The position numbers and the translations under genes are program-made. Source: an uncultured Poribacteria bacterium (lineage in GTDB: Bacteria; Poribacteria; WGA-4E; WGA-3G). Taken from it: a stretch of DNA of 64,000 nucleotides. The stretch is taken from assembly GCA_958296135.2 (NCBI GenBank), contig CATQHZ020000001.1, forward strand, positions 1,984,001 to 2,048,000, given 5' to 3'. Below, piece by piece: positions 1-9,163 of the stretch (positions are counted from its first letter, which is position 1; every line of letters begins with the position of its first letter). Below the pieces are notes generated by a model that worked only from the letters and a program-made list of their open reading frames with translations, ran no database searches and was not told the DNA's origin.

Positions 1-1
1 G

Positions 2-694
2 TGGCATCTCGGACCGGAGAACGGCAATTCACACGCGCGTCCATCCGCCTCTCTCTCAACGTTGATTGCAGCGTTGGACGGCGATGCTGAATCGACAGGG
101 TTGCAAGCCGCCTACGCGCTCGGCAATTTTGGCGAGGAGGCACTGCCTGCGTTGATGGGCTGCCTGCACAACGGCTCCGAATTGATGCGCCGAAATGCCT
201 GTTACGCGCTCAATGCAGTCGGAACACCGGCAGTTGATGTGCTGCGGGATGCACTCACAGATTCCCGCGAGCACGTCCGGGACAACGCCGCCGAAGCACT
301 CGGCGATTTGGGAACGAAGGCGGAATCTGCTGTGCCAGCGTTGGTTGATATCCTCGCAGACGACTCCGCTTCCGTGCGTGCACACGCGATAGAGGCATTG
401 GGCACGACAAGCCAAGGGCACTCGGACGCAGTACCGGGGTTAACCAAGGCATTGTCAGATGACAACGATGGCGTGCGGCGCAACGCGGTCTTCGCTATCG
501 CCCGCATTGGGGAGCATGCCGCTGATGCCGTTGAAGGTTTGCAGAACGTGCTTTTCGACGCGAACCGTTATGTCCGTGGTGATGCTGTCCACGCGCTCTA
601 TCGCATCGGCACCCCGGCGGCGAAATCGGTGCTTCTCCGTTACCTTGAAACGACGCGTTGGTGCCCATTAACGACGCGCAACAGTTCGTTCTAA
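2..694 (+). CDS. HEAT/PBS-lyase repeat protein, 5' truncated by the window edge
   Basis: Frame is open from position 2. Repeated VRxxAAxALG units (VRDNAAEALG, VRAHAIEALG, VRRNAVFAIA, VRGDAVHALY). Confidence 0.8.
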   Translation, partial: WHLGPENGNSHARPSASLSTLIAALDGDAESTGLQAAYALGNFGEEALPALMGCLHNGSELMRRNACYALNAVGTPAVDVLRDALTDSREHVRDNAAEALGDLGTKAESAVPALVDILADDSASVRAHAIEALGTTSQGHSDAVPGLTKALSDDNDGVRRNAVFAIARIGEHAADAVEGLQNVLFDANRYVRGDAVHALYRIGTPAAKSVLLRYLETTRWCPLTTRNSSF

Positions 695-814
695 TGCAGG
701 CGTAAGGGTGGATGTTTCTATCCACCCGACACCCAAAGCACACGGGCAGCTATAGAAATCTGTCCTGACAAGGGACTCAAGCACTTAATCGTTCTGATAG
801 TGCCACTTTTTTGT

Positions 815-843
815 TTGAAATTTGTCACGTTTTATGCTATAAT
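815..843 (+). promoter_or_regulatory. sigma70-type promoter
   Basis: TTGAAA-17 nt-TATAAT with extended TG, upstream of the 883 ORF. Confidence 0.65.
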
Positions 844-882
844 TCTCTCAAACTTGAATTGGACTAACAGGAGGCTAATTCG

Positions 883-1638
883 TTGAAATTAAAAGTTATC
901 ATCATGGCACTCGGCTTACTGCTCATAGCGGCTTTTAGCATGCCCAGCTTCGCCGAGATTACCGAAGATATGGTTGCCGCCGCGTGGCTGTTTGACAGCA
1001 ACGCCGACGATATTTCCGGCAACGGGTTCGATGGTGAACTGGAAGGTGGAAAATTTGTCGATGGCAAAATCGGCAAAGCAGTCGAACTCAACGGCAAAGA
1101 CGAGTGGGTTACCATTCCCAAGGCACTTGGCGAATTTGAGGAAATCACCTTCGCACACTGGGTGAAATCCACCGGCAGAGAGAACGACTGGCGCGTTTTC
1201 TTCAACAATACAGGCTGGAAGGCAGGTGACATCCACTACCAACTCCATCCCAACAATAAAGTGGAGTTCTCCATTCACGGGAACCCCGGCGGGAACGATA
1301 CGTTCGCGAACTTTATGATGGCCGGCGGTGAGATAGATACGTGGGTGCACATCGCTACCGTTTACAGCGCGAAGGAACAGAAAATCCGATTCTTCATTAA
1401 CGGCGAACTTGACATAGAAAACGACTGGGGCGGAAATCCCGGCATCCTCGATTCGGCTTTTATTGGTGCATGGGATAACCAGCGGCAATGGGAAGGCCTC
1501 ATCGACGAGTTCATTATCTTCAACACCGTATTGGACGCTGATGACATCCAGACTGTCATGAACGACGGCTTTGAGACAACGCTCGCCGTTGACGCGAAGC
1601 AGAAACTCGCTGTCACGTGGGGCAGTCTCAAAAAATAA
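883..1638 (+). CDS. Secreted LamG-like jellyroll protein with C-terminal TWGxLK motif
   Basis: Signal peptide; GKIGKAVELNG, WVHIATVY, FFINGEL, GLIDEFIIFN; ends KLAVTWGSLKK; GGAGG RBS. Confidence 0.85.
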   Translation: MKLKVIIMALGLLLIAAFSMPSFAEITEDMVAAAWLFDSNADDISGNGFDGELEGGKFVDGKIGKAVELNGKDEWVTIPKALGEFEEITFAHWVKSTGRENDWRVFFNNTGWKAGDIHYQLHPNNKVEFSIHGNPGGNDTFANFMMAGGEIDTWVHIATVYSAKEQKIRFFINGELDIENDWGGNPGILDSAFIGAWDNQRQWEGLIDEFIIFNTVLDADDIQTVMNDGFETTLAVDAKQKLAVTWGSLKK

Positions 1639-1662
1639 CGAGACTTACGCAGACTGAACCCG

Positions 1663-1690
1663 GTAGGCGCGCTTTCCAACCGCGCGCTTA
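1663..1690. repeat. GTAG-type REP-like palindrome (family A)
   Basis: GTAGGCGCGCTTTCCAACCGCGCGCTTA, an imperfect hairpin. Related copies near 2585, 3434, 4542, 5157, 11084, 14302, 28991, 47165 and 49056. Confidence 0.7.
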
Positions 1691-1730
1691 TCCGCGGAAC
1701 GTGCGAAAGACCAAAAGATAAGGAGGAAAC

Positions 1731-2570
1731 ATGTTCCTGAAATACGACATGAATCGCACACTTGCCGCAATTGCTGTCATCATCCTTTGTCTGGGAATGG
1801 CAACGGTGAGCGGTGCCAACCTAGACGAAAAAACAATCGCCGGGATGTGGACGTTTGAGGAAGGAAAGGGCAAAGTCGTCACGGACCTCTCCGGGAACGA
1901 AACCGACGGTGAATTTGTCGGCGACCTTAAATGGGCGAAAGGCAAATTCGGCGGCGGCTTAGAGTTTAACGGCGAAGACACGTGGGTTAAACTCGGCACC
2001 AAAGGCGAAGATAAGACGCTCGCCGCCCTGGACTTCAAGGACTCAAAAGGGTTCTCCATCCACGCCTGGGTCTACGCTGCAGAAGACCCGACTGGCAAGT
2101 GCGTCATTTGGAAGGGGCTCGGATGTTCAACCTGGTCGCAGTTTTTGCTCGGCACAGGTGCGCATGAAAACAGCGAAAACAACACGAAAGCCGCCTTTCA
2201 TATCCGCGCAGCAAATGGTGCTGGAAAGTTGGAAGTCCTCGGCGATGAAGTCTCCGCGAAGGAGTGGGTGCATCTCGTCGGAGTTTGGGACGGCGCGCAA
2301 CTTCACGTCTATGTGAACGGCAAACTCCAGAATAGTGAAGATGCCAAGGGACCGCCGTGGCCATCCACGGAAGAGGCCTACATCGGTGCAGACCCGGGCT
2401 GCGGCAAGCGGTGCCAGTGGGAAGGGATCATTGATGAAGTCGTCGTCTTCAACGTCGCACTCTCTGAAGATGAAGTCCAAAAACTCGGCGATGGCATTGA
2501 AGGCGCGTTAGACGTGGATGCCGCCGGAAAAATGGCGACGACCTGGGGCAAACTCAAAAGCGCGCAATAA
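1731..2570 (+). CDS. Secreted LamG-like jellyroll protein with C-terminal TWGxLK motif
   Basis: Signal peptide; GKFGGGLEFNG, WVHLVGVWDG, YVNGKL, GIIDEVVVFN; ends GKMATTWGKLKSAQ. Confidence 0.85.
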   Translation: MFLKYDMNRTLAAIAVIILCLGMATVSGANLDEKTIAGMWTFEEGKGKVVTDLSGNETDGEFVGDLKWAKGKFGGGLEFNGEDTWVKLGTKGEDKTLAALDFKDSKGFSIHAWVYAAEDPTGKCVIWKGLGCSTWSQFLLGTGAHENSENNTKAAFHIRAANGAGKLEVLGDEVSAKEWVHLVGVWDGAQLHVYVNGKLQNSEDAKGPPWPSTEEAYIGADPGCGKRCQWEGIIDEVVVFNVALSEDEVQKLGDGIEGALDVDAAGKMATTWGKLKSAQ

Positions 2571-2584
2571 TGCTAACAAACCCC

Positions 2585-2611
2585 GTAGGCGCGCTTGCAA
2601 CGCGCGCCTAC
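2585..2611. repeat. GTAG-type REP-like palindrome (family A)
   Basis: GTAGGCGCGCTTGCAACGCGCGCCTAC, nearly identical to 11084-11110. Confidence 0.75.
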
Positions 2612-2667
2612 CAGCGTGTGTTATGGACAGCTCCTGCATCCATCCACGCCAAAGGAGATTACTGCCA

Positions 2668-3423
2668 ATGATTACCGTGAAAATTCGTAACCTTATGCTG
2701 GCATGTCTCATCCTTTTCGTCTGGACTGCCGGCACACACGCCGAGGTCTTATACCTTGACGATTTTGAGGATGGGAAAATTGACGCGAAGTATGAATTCA
2801 AAAACCACGAAGGCGACTGGGTAGAAAAGGGCGGTGTCATCACCCAAACCCAAGAATCCCCCGGGGATCATACCTACCTCGTGCTTGATGGTGGTTTTGA
2901 AGAACCGCACACCGGCATCGTCATGATCCGTGTCGATGACTGGGGCGACGGAGACCTGGCGCGCTGCGGGCTCGGATTTCGGCTAGACCCGGGCGATGCT
3001 TCCGGCTACGCATTCCTCATTCACCATTTTCTCAACAACATGGAATTCCTGAATGACCATCTCGCGTGGAAGCAGAACGATACCGAACCGCCTTTCGGTA
3101 CCATAGAAATCGGCGAGTGGTATTGGATGAAAGCGGAGATATCGGACAAGGGATTCGCCGGCAAAATCTGGGAAGAGGGAAAACAGGAACCCAAAGCGTG
3201 GCTGCTAGAAAGCAAGCTTGACTTCGGGAACGTCAGACCGGAAAGTGGGCAAGTTGGATTGAACGGCGGTTCAAGCAGGGGCGCGCCCGCGCTCACCGTC
3301 GTCTCTTTTGACAATTGGGCGATTTGTGATACGCCTGACGATTGCGCCCCAGAGGTGATTCTCCCGGTCCAACCGGCGGGCAAGTTACCGGCGGTTTGGG
3401 GCGAACTCAAGACGCGCTATTAA
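2668..3423 (+). CDS. Secreted beta-sandwich (concanavalin-like) protein with C-terminal WGxLK motif
   Basis: ATG at 2668 after AAGGAG; signal peptide; YLDDFEDG start and GQVGLNGG; ends GKLPAVWGELKTRY. Confidence 0.75.
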   Translation: MITVKIRNLMLACLILFVWTAGTHAEVLYLDDFEDGKIDAKYEFKNHEGDWVEKGGVITQTQESPGDHTYLVLDGGFEEPHTGIVMIRVDDWGDGDLARCGLGFRLDPGDASGYAFLIHHFLNNMEFLNDHLAWKQNDTEPPFGTIEIGEWYWMKAEISDKGFAGKIWEEGKQEPKAWLLESKLDFGNVRPESGQVGLNGGSSRGAPALTVVSFDNWAICDTPDDCAPEVILPVQPAGKLPAVWGELKTRY

Positions 3424-3475
3424 ACAACACCGATGGGCGCGCTTTCAACGCGCCCACAGACAGGAACTATCGAAA

Positions 3476-3643
3476 ATGGGAACAATTTTACTCGCCATTC
3501 TCGGAATTATCATACTTTTTGCGGTTTTCCTGATCATCTTTGAAGTTGTGAAGCTGCTTCTCGCGCTCGTCATCGGCGCAGCGTTTTTTGTCATTATCGT
3601 TGGCGGCGCGTTTCTGATTCTCAGGAAAATCGTGAAAGGTTAG
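3476..3643 (+). CDS. Small (55 aa) two-helix membrane protein, absent from the ORF track
   Basis: MGTILLAILGIIILFAVFLIIFEVVKLLLALVIGAAFFVIIVGGAFLILRKIVKG*; AGGA upstream; two hydrophobic segments and a basic tail. Confidence 0.65.
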   Translation: MGTILLAILGIIILFAVFLIIFEVVKLLLALVIGAAFFVIIVGGAFLILRKIVKG

Positions 3644-3726
3644 GCAATATTGCCTATTTAACCCTGGATGGACACGTGCCTACCGAGAACGGTTCGTGTC
3701 AATCCTATCATCAAAGGAGATTCGCA

Positions 3727-4521
3727 ATGCTTAAAAGTGCGCTATTGGTAACGGTGTTTGTTACCATCAGTTTAACGCTCGCAGCAAACCTCCCCGCGGA
3801 AATCGTTGAGGACGGACTCATCGGCTATTGGAGCTTTGATGCGAACAACATTCAGGACAAAACCGTGAAAGATGGGACAGGCAATCGCGATGGCACCATC
3901 AAAGGGACTTTGAAAAAGGTCGCGGGGAAAATCGGGGACGCTCTGGAATTTGATGCAAACGAAGCCAATTTCATTGAAATCGAAGAGCCGGAAAGTTTCG
4001 ATTTCAACGCCGATTTTACGTGGGCGGCCTGGATAAAAACAGGCAGCTCCGGTCCCTGCGTAATTTTCGCCAAAACCGGCGGTCCCGGCACCGATGATAA
4101 GGGCCCGAAAACCTTGTGGGTGCGCAACGGTGTCCTCAACATTGACACCGGCTGGGTAGGTAATGTTGAAGACCTCGGGAACACCATTGACGACAATAAG
4201 TGGCACTATATCGCTATTGCAGGAATGCCGGGGGACAGCAAAGTCCAATTCTTCGTTGATGGCGAAGCCACCACGGAGGCGGTGATGAACCTCGCGCAAT
4301 TCCCGGAGGAAGACTTTGAAAATCACGTCTTCATCGGGATAGACGGCAGAGCCGATGGCGAATTCGGCGTGTTTGAGGGAATCATTGACGAATTCAGCAT
4401 CTACGACAGGGTGCTTGACGAAGCGGAAGTCAATCAGAACTTCAAGTCCGACAAGGGACTCGCCGTTGAACCGAATGGAAAACTCGCCGTGACCTGGGGT
4501 GCTCTTAAAAATTCGCGGTAG
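3727..4521 (+). CDS. Secreted LamG-like jellyroll protein with C-terminal TWGxLK motif
   Basis: ATG at 3727 after AAGGAG; signal peptide; GLIGYWSFD, GKIGDALEFD, WHYIAI, GIIDEFSIYDRVL; ends GKLAVTWGALKNSR. Confidence 0.85.
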   Translation: MLKSALLVTVFVTISLTLAANLPAEIVEDGLIGYWSFDANNIQDKTVKDGTGNRDGTIKGTLKKVAGKIGDALEFDANEANFIEIEEPESFDFNADFTWAAWIKTGSSGPCVIFAKTGGPGTDDKGPKTLWVRNGVLNIDTGWVGNVEDLGNTIDDNKWHYIAIAGMPGDSKVQFFVDGEATTEAVMNLAQFPEEDFENHVFIGIDGRADGEFGVFEGIIDEFSIYDRVLDEAEVNQNFKSDKGLAVEPNGKLAVTWGALKNSR

Positions 4522-4596
4522 TTCTGCTGCCGTAATTCTCGGTAGGCGCAATCTGAAAGCGCGCTTATCACATGCGTCCCACAGAGGAACAAGCAG

Positions 4597-5160
4597 ATGA
4601 ATCCACAAGCAAGTTCCGCGCAAGGAATGCCACCTCCCGAAACCGGGAGAATGATGGCGGAGGAATTCCTTAAGAACGACGTTGAGGGATACGAGTACGT
4701 AAAAGGAGAACTCGTGCCGATGCCACCCGCAGCCATCCTCCACGGGAAGATTAGTGTCAGTGTTATCCGCCACTTGGATCTGCACGTTTATCAGAACCAG
4801 TTGGGGTATGTGTATACAGCGGAAACATCGTTTCGGGTGGGTGAACGTCTTTTGAAACCGGACGTTGCGTTCGTTGCAACAGCGCGCGTGCCCGAAGACG
4901 AGACGAAAGGCTCGCCTGTCCCGCCAGACCTCGCAATTGAGGTAGTTTCTCCTACAGATTCACAGTGGGACGTTTCGGATAAGGTTCAGGCTTATCTGGA
5001 CGCTGGAACGCGGATGGTTTGGGTGCTCGATCCGGTGCTACAAACTGTGGCAGTGTATCGCCCGGATGAAGCCTTCCAACTCCTTCAGCGCGGCGACACA
5101 CTCACCGGCGAAGATGTCGTTGAGGGGTTTTCTTGTGAAGTGGCGCGATTTTTTGAATAG
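4597..5160 (+). CDS. Uma2 family (PD-(D/E)XK) endonuclease
   Basis: YEYVKGELVPMPP, KPDVAFV, PDLAIEVVSP, YLDAGTRMVWVLDP. Confidence 0.9.
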   Translation: MNPQASSAQGMPPPETGRMMAEEFLKNDVEGYEYVKGELVPMPPAAILHGKISVSVIRHLDLHVYQNQLGYVYTAETSFRVGERLLKPDVAFVATARVPEDETKGSPVPPDLAIEVVSPTDSQWDVSDKVQAYLDAGTRMVWVLDPVLQTVAVYRPDEAFQLLQRGDTLTGEDVVEGFSCEVARFFE

Positions 5161-5201
5161 GCGCGGTTTGAAACCGCGCCTATTCAGACATAAGGCAAAA
5201 T

Positions 5202-5310
5202 ATGAACGTCAAAATCGAACCCTCTTTGAAAACGATAATCTGATTATCCTCCGCGGAATTGATACGGAATCTATCGACACGATTTATCAAGCTCCGCCCT
5301 TCAATTGTTG
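5202..5310 (+). pseudogene. Frameshifted 5' remnant of a DNA methyltransferase
   Basis: ATG at 5202, then in another frame NRTLFENDNLIILRGIDTESIDTIYQAPPFN. This resembles the DNL..L..IDLIYLDPPFN start of beta-class N6-MTases; it ends right after motif IV. Confidence 0.6.
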
Positions 5311-5390
5311 TGCGGTGCTTGCAATTCGATGAAGGGCAGCAGCACGCAGGAACAATTGATTAAACGGCTGAAAAGCGAAGGAATTCTACG

Positions 5391-6152
5391 ATGAAAAAAT
5401 TTATCACAATTGCAACAGCATTCGCGCTGATATTTTGCATCGGCAACCTATCCGATGCCGCCAAGCGCGATAAACAGTATGTCGCCAAGCAGATTACCAA
5501 TCTGAAGGTAGATGGCAACCTTAACGAGTGGAAGCGCGCCGAGGTCGTCGCTTTTGACGAACTGAAAGATGTCGGTGCTGGCATCCCGAAGGCGAGTGAC
5601 TTCACTGGGCAGGGGCGCGTTGCATGGAGCGCGCAGGACGCAACCCGCATCTACTTCGCCGTTGAAATCACCGACGATAAACTCCAAGATATCTTCCCGC
5701 CTGATAACAAGTGGTGGGAGGACGATAGCGTGGAGTTTATGTTCGATTTTGACAACGGCATGGTGAGGGAAAGCCTCGTTCAGTGGACGCTCGGTGCGAA
5801 CGGCAAGGATTTATCCGCCGCCGCATCGGAGGAAAACACGGAGTGGGTGCTCATCAAAAACGGCAACGATTACATCTACGAAGTCGCCATCGATCCGACG
5901 AAGCCGCGCGGCAACCCACAGTTTGCGAACCCAGCGAAGGGAAAGGATTTTAAGGCGAAAAATGGGTTGACGATTGGGCTCAGTTTCCACATGAACGATT
6001 GTGAGAACGGGAAGCGCGAACATCAGATTGGATGGATGCCCGGCGGTGCGTGGGACGGGCTCTTTTACGGAGACCTTATCTTTGACGATGAAATCCTCGC
6101 TGTCGAGGCATCCGGCAAACTGGCTTTGACATGGAGTGCGCTCAAGCAATAA
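5391..6152 (+). CDS. Secreted CBM9-like sugar-binding protein with C-terminal TWxxLK motif
   Basis: Signal peptide; KVDGNLNEW, IYFAVEITDD, WEDDSVEFMFD, YEVAI; ends GKLALTWSALKQ. Confidence 0.75.
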   Translation: MKKFITIATAFALIFCIGNLSDAAKRDKQYVAKQITNLKVDGNLNEWKRAEVVAFDELKDVGAGIPKASDFTGQGRVAWSAQDATRIYFAVEITDDKLQDIFPPDNKWWEDDSVEFMFDFDNGMVRESLVQWTLGANGKDLSAAASEENTEWVLIKNGNDYIYEVAIDPTKPRGNPQFANPAKGKDFKAKNGLTIGLSFHMNDCENGKREHQIGWMPGGAWDGLFYGDLIFDDEILAVEASGKLALTWSALKQ

Positions 6153-8080
6153 TGCGAAACCGCCACGCTTCCCTCACTTCTGGCATTACCCTCCGCGCGC
6201 TGCTTATCGGGACGCTGCTTGTCATCGGGAACGCCTACTGGCTCGCCTACGCTGCGGAGATGATTCAGCCGCAGTTCCTACTCAACTTTGTCTCGCTCTT
6301 CTTCAATGCAATTTTTACGCTGTTTGCTGTCATTGCTTTCAACACGCTGTGGAAGCGGCTTGCGCCGCGCAACGCCTTGACACCGCAGGAACTGCTCGTC
6401 ATCTACATCATGGTTGTGATGGTATCCACCATCGGCGGCCATGCCATGATGACGTTCCTCATCGGCACGCTGGCGCACCCCTTCCGATTTGCCACACCCG
6501 AGAACGAATGGACAGAGCTCTTCTGGCGTTACATTCCGACGTGGTTCGTGCCGGATAACAGTGCCTTGGATGCCTATTTTGAGGGCGATTCCACGTTTCA
6601 CCTCGCCAAGCATTTGCGCGGGTGGGCTATCCCCGTATTCGTCTGGACAGGCTTCGTGGCTGTGCTATGGTTCACGCTCATCTGTCTCAATACGATTATC
6701 CGCGTGCAGTGGACAGAACGCGAAAAACTCGCGTATCCCATCATCCAATTGCCGCTCCAGATGGCAGAGGGACGCAAAAGTTTTTACAAAAACGGCACGA
6801 TGTGGATAGGTTTCTCAGTCGCGGGGTTTATTGAACTGCTCTCCGGGCTGAGTTACCTCTTCCCACAAGTGCCATCCATCCAACTCAACTACTACTCCAT
6901 CTCGCACCTTTTCACCGACAAACCGTGGAACGCTATTGGATGGATATCGCTGTCTGCCTATCCGTTTATTATTGGACTGACGTTCTTCGTGCCCTTGGAT
7001 ATCTCGCTGTCGGCGTGGTTTTTCTACCTATTTGGGAAGGCGGAACGAATTATTCGCGTCGGGATGCTCGGTGAGGGTGAGCTCTATTTCGCGGAGCGCG
7101 CCGGCGGCGCATGGCTCGCTGTCGGCATTCTCGCATTGTGGGGAACCCGCCGTCACCTATGGGATGTCGTCCGGAACTGTTTCACCCCCAAGCAACCTTT
7201 TGACGATTCAAACGAACCGATGCCGTATCGCGCCGCTGTCTGCGGGTTAGCACTAGGATGCATCGGACTGACGCTGTTTTCCATGCAGGCCGGGATGTCG
7301 TTAGGCGGCATTCTCGGCTTTATCATTATCTTCACGCTGATGGCACTCGGCGTGACGCGCGTGCGCGCCGAGTTCGGCCCGCCTTCACACGAGATTCTCG
7401 CGCTCGACCCGGGCAGATTAATGGCTGTCACGCTTGGCCCGCGCCTCGTCGGCACCAGCAACCTGACGATAATCTCTTTCTATTATTGGCTGAATCGGCT
7501 CAACGTCTCGCATCCGATGCCCAACCAATTGGAGGGTTTTAAACTCGCCGAACGCGCAGGGATAAACAGCCGAAAACTGGTGTGGGTGATGATGTTCGCC
7601 ATCGTCATCGGCACGCTCGCCTCGTTTTGGGCGTTCCTTTACCTGCTGTATGAGACTGGCGCGCTGGCAGTGCATGGCTATATCGTCGGCATCGGCAACG
7701 AGGTATTTGGCAGACGCTTGCAACGGTGGATTAACAATCCAACCGGCCCTAACTGGGGCGGCACGCAATCCATGGGTATCGGTGCAATGATGACGTGGAT
7801 TCTCTATTTCCTACGGCACAAATTTATGTGGTGGCCCTTCCACCCAATCGGGTATGTGATGACAGCAGCCACGTGGGGTGGACTTGCGGATTTCTGGTTC
7901 TCTGTCTTCCTCGGCTGGCTAGTGAAGTTCGTCATTATCACAATTTTCGGTTTGCGGGCACACCGACGCGCGATTCCGTTCTTTTTAGGATTAGTGATGG
8001 GCGATTATGTGTTCGTTGGGCTGTGGGCGTTGCTTGGCACATTATTCGGTATTCCGACGTATGTCCTCTGGTCCCCGTAG
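6152..8080 (+). CDS. Polytopic membrane protein, DUF6785/DUF6784-like putative transporter
   Basis: Many TM helices; EKLAYPIIQLP, WWPFHPIGY, PFFLGLVMGD; TAATG overlap with the upstream stop. Confidence 0.65.
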   Translation: MRNRHASLTSGITLRALLIGTLLVIGNAYWLAYAAEMIQPQFLLNFVSLFFNAIFTLFAVIAFNTLWKRLAPRNALTPQELLVIYIMVVMVSTIGGHAMMTFLIGTLAHPFRFATPENEWTELFWRYIPTWFVPDNSALDAYFEGDSTFHLAKHLRGWAIPVFVWTGFVAVLWFTLICLNTIIRVQWTEREKLAYPIIQLPLQMAEGRKSFYKNGTMWIGFSVAGFIELLSGLSYLFPQVPSIQLNYYSISHLFTDKPWNAIGWISLSAYPFIIGLTFFVPLDISLSAWFFYLFGKAERIIRVGMLGEGELYFAERAGGAWLAVGILALWGTRRHLWDVVRNCFTPKQPFDDSNEPMPYRAAVCGLALGCIGLTLFSMQAGMSLGGILGFIIIFTLMALGVTRVRAEFGPPSHEILALDPGRLMAVTLGPRLVGTSNLTIISFYYWLNRLNVSHPMPNQLEGFKLAERAGINSRKLVWVMMFAIVIGTLASFWAFLYLLYETGALAVHGYIVGIGNEVFGRRLQRWINNPTGPNWGGTQSMGIGAMMTWILYFLRHKFMWWPFHPIGYVMTAATWGGLADFWFSVFLGWLVKFVIITIFGLRAHRRAIPFFLGLVMGDYVFVGLWALLGTLFGIPTYVLWSP

Positions 8081-8088
8081 CGTCCAAT

Positions 8089-8117
8089 TTGACATTTCCT
8101 TGAGAATTTGCTAAACT
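8089..8117 (+). promoter_or_regulatory. sigma70-type promoter
   Basis: TTGACA-17 nt-TAAACT with extended TG. Confidence 0.65.
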
Positions 8118-8175
8118 CTGCACAATTCATCACAACACAATCCAGACCGGCACCGGGAGGGCCTTCCCTCGTACC

Positions 8176-8222
8176 GTAGCGCGAGGGCCCGGCGATCACT
8201 AATCGCCGAGGGTTCCCCCCGC
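8176..8222. repeat. GTAG-type REP-like element with internal GGCGATCACTAATCGCC hairpin
   Basis: An inverted copy lies at about 54172-54224 (GGGGAACCCTCGGCGATTAGTGATCGCCGGG...GCGCTAC). Confidence 0.7.
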
Positions 8223-8248
8223 AATCTGCCGAATGAAGAGGGAGCCGA

Positions 8249-9085
8249 ATGTATAACCTAAACGGAAAAGTGGCTTTGGTGACAGGCGCGGGCGGAAAGA
8301 ACGGTATCGGGCGCGCCATCGCAACCCGCCTAGCGAAAGAAGGCGCAGACGTAGCGGTTAACGACATCACCGCGCATCCTTACGCCGAAAATGAAACAGA
8401 ATGGCAAGGCTTACCGGATGTCGTCCGGGAAATTGAAGCGATGGGGCAATGCGCCCTCAGCGTCATCGCGGACGTTTCGGATGCAGCGCAGGTAGCCGAG
8501 ATGGTAGACAACACCGTGGCGCACTTCGGGAAAATTGACATCCTTGTCAATAATGCGGGGACAATCGCCGGGAAAGACCGGGTGCCTATCGTCGAACTCG
8601 CCGAAGAAGAGTGGGATAGGGTGCAGCGCGTGAACGTGAAAGGCGTGTTCCTCTGCTGCCAAGCGGTGGCACGCCATCTCATCTCGCAGGGGACAGGCGG
8701 CAAAATCATCAGCATCTCGTCCGTATCGGGAAAACACGGCGTGGCGCGCTATGCAGCCTACTGTGCCTCAAAATTCGCTATTATCGGATTGACACAGTCA
8801 CTCGCCTACGAACTCGCACCGCACCGCGTCAATGTCAACGCCATCTGCCCAGGCCTTGTGGATACAGAGCGTATAGGACATATGGCTTCCGTCTTAATGC
8901 CAGCAGACCTCCCCGCTGATGAACAGCGGACGGAGTTTGCCCGGCGCGCGGAAGCATCAGTCCCATTAGGGCGGTTTGCCGAAGGTGCGGACGTGGCAAA
9001 CATGGCCGCGTTCCTCGCCTCCAAAGAAGCCGCGTATCTGACAGGGTTGGCTGTTACCGTCGCAGGTGGTTCAGTGATGGATTGA
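8249..9085 (+). CDS. SDR family NAD(P)-dependent oxidoreductase
   Basis: TGAGGKNGIG, NNAG, YCASK, VNAICPG. Confidence 0.92.
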   Translation: MYNLNGKVALVTGAGGKNGIGRAIATRLAKEGADVAVNDITAHPYAENETEWQGLPDVVREIEAMGQCALSVIADVSDAAQVAEMVDNTVAHFGKIDILVNNAGTIAGKDRVPIVELAEEEWDRVQRVNVKGVFLCCQAVARHLISQGTGGKIISISSVSGKHGVARYAAYCASKFAIIGLTQSLAYELAPHRVNVNAICPGLVDTERIGHMASVLMPADLPADEQRTEFARRAEASVPLGRFAEGADVANMAAFLASKEAAYLTGLAVTVAGGSVMD

Positions 9086-9163
9086 AGGATGCACGCCGCA
9101 TCCGGGCTCGCAATTGTAAGGGCGGATGTCCATATCCGCCCGATACACCTTATTCAAGACGCG

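Noticed and set aside
3772-4785. Long antisense ORFs (also 39115-40182, 46185-47159, 26611-27429)
   Set aside because: They overlap well-supported genes on the other strand and have no recognisable motifs.
8120-8240. Possible riboswitch upstream of the SDR gene
   Set aside because: The structure is explained by a repeat with an inverted copy near 54172-54224 between convergent genes.
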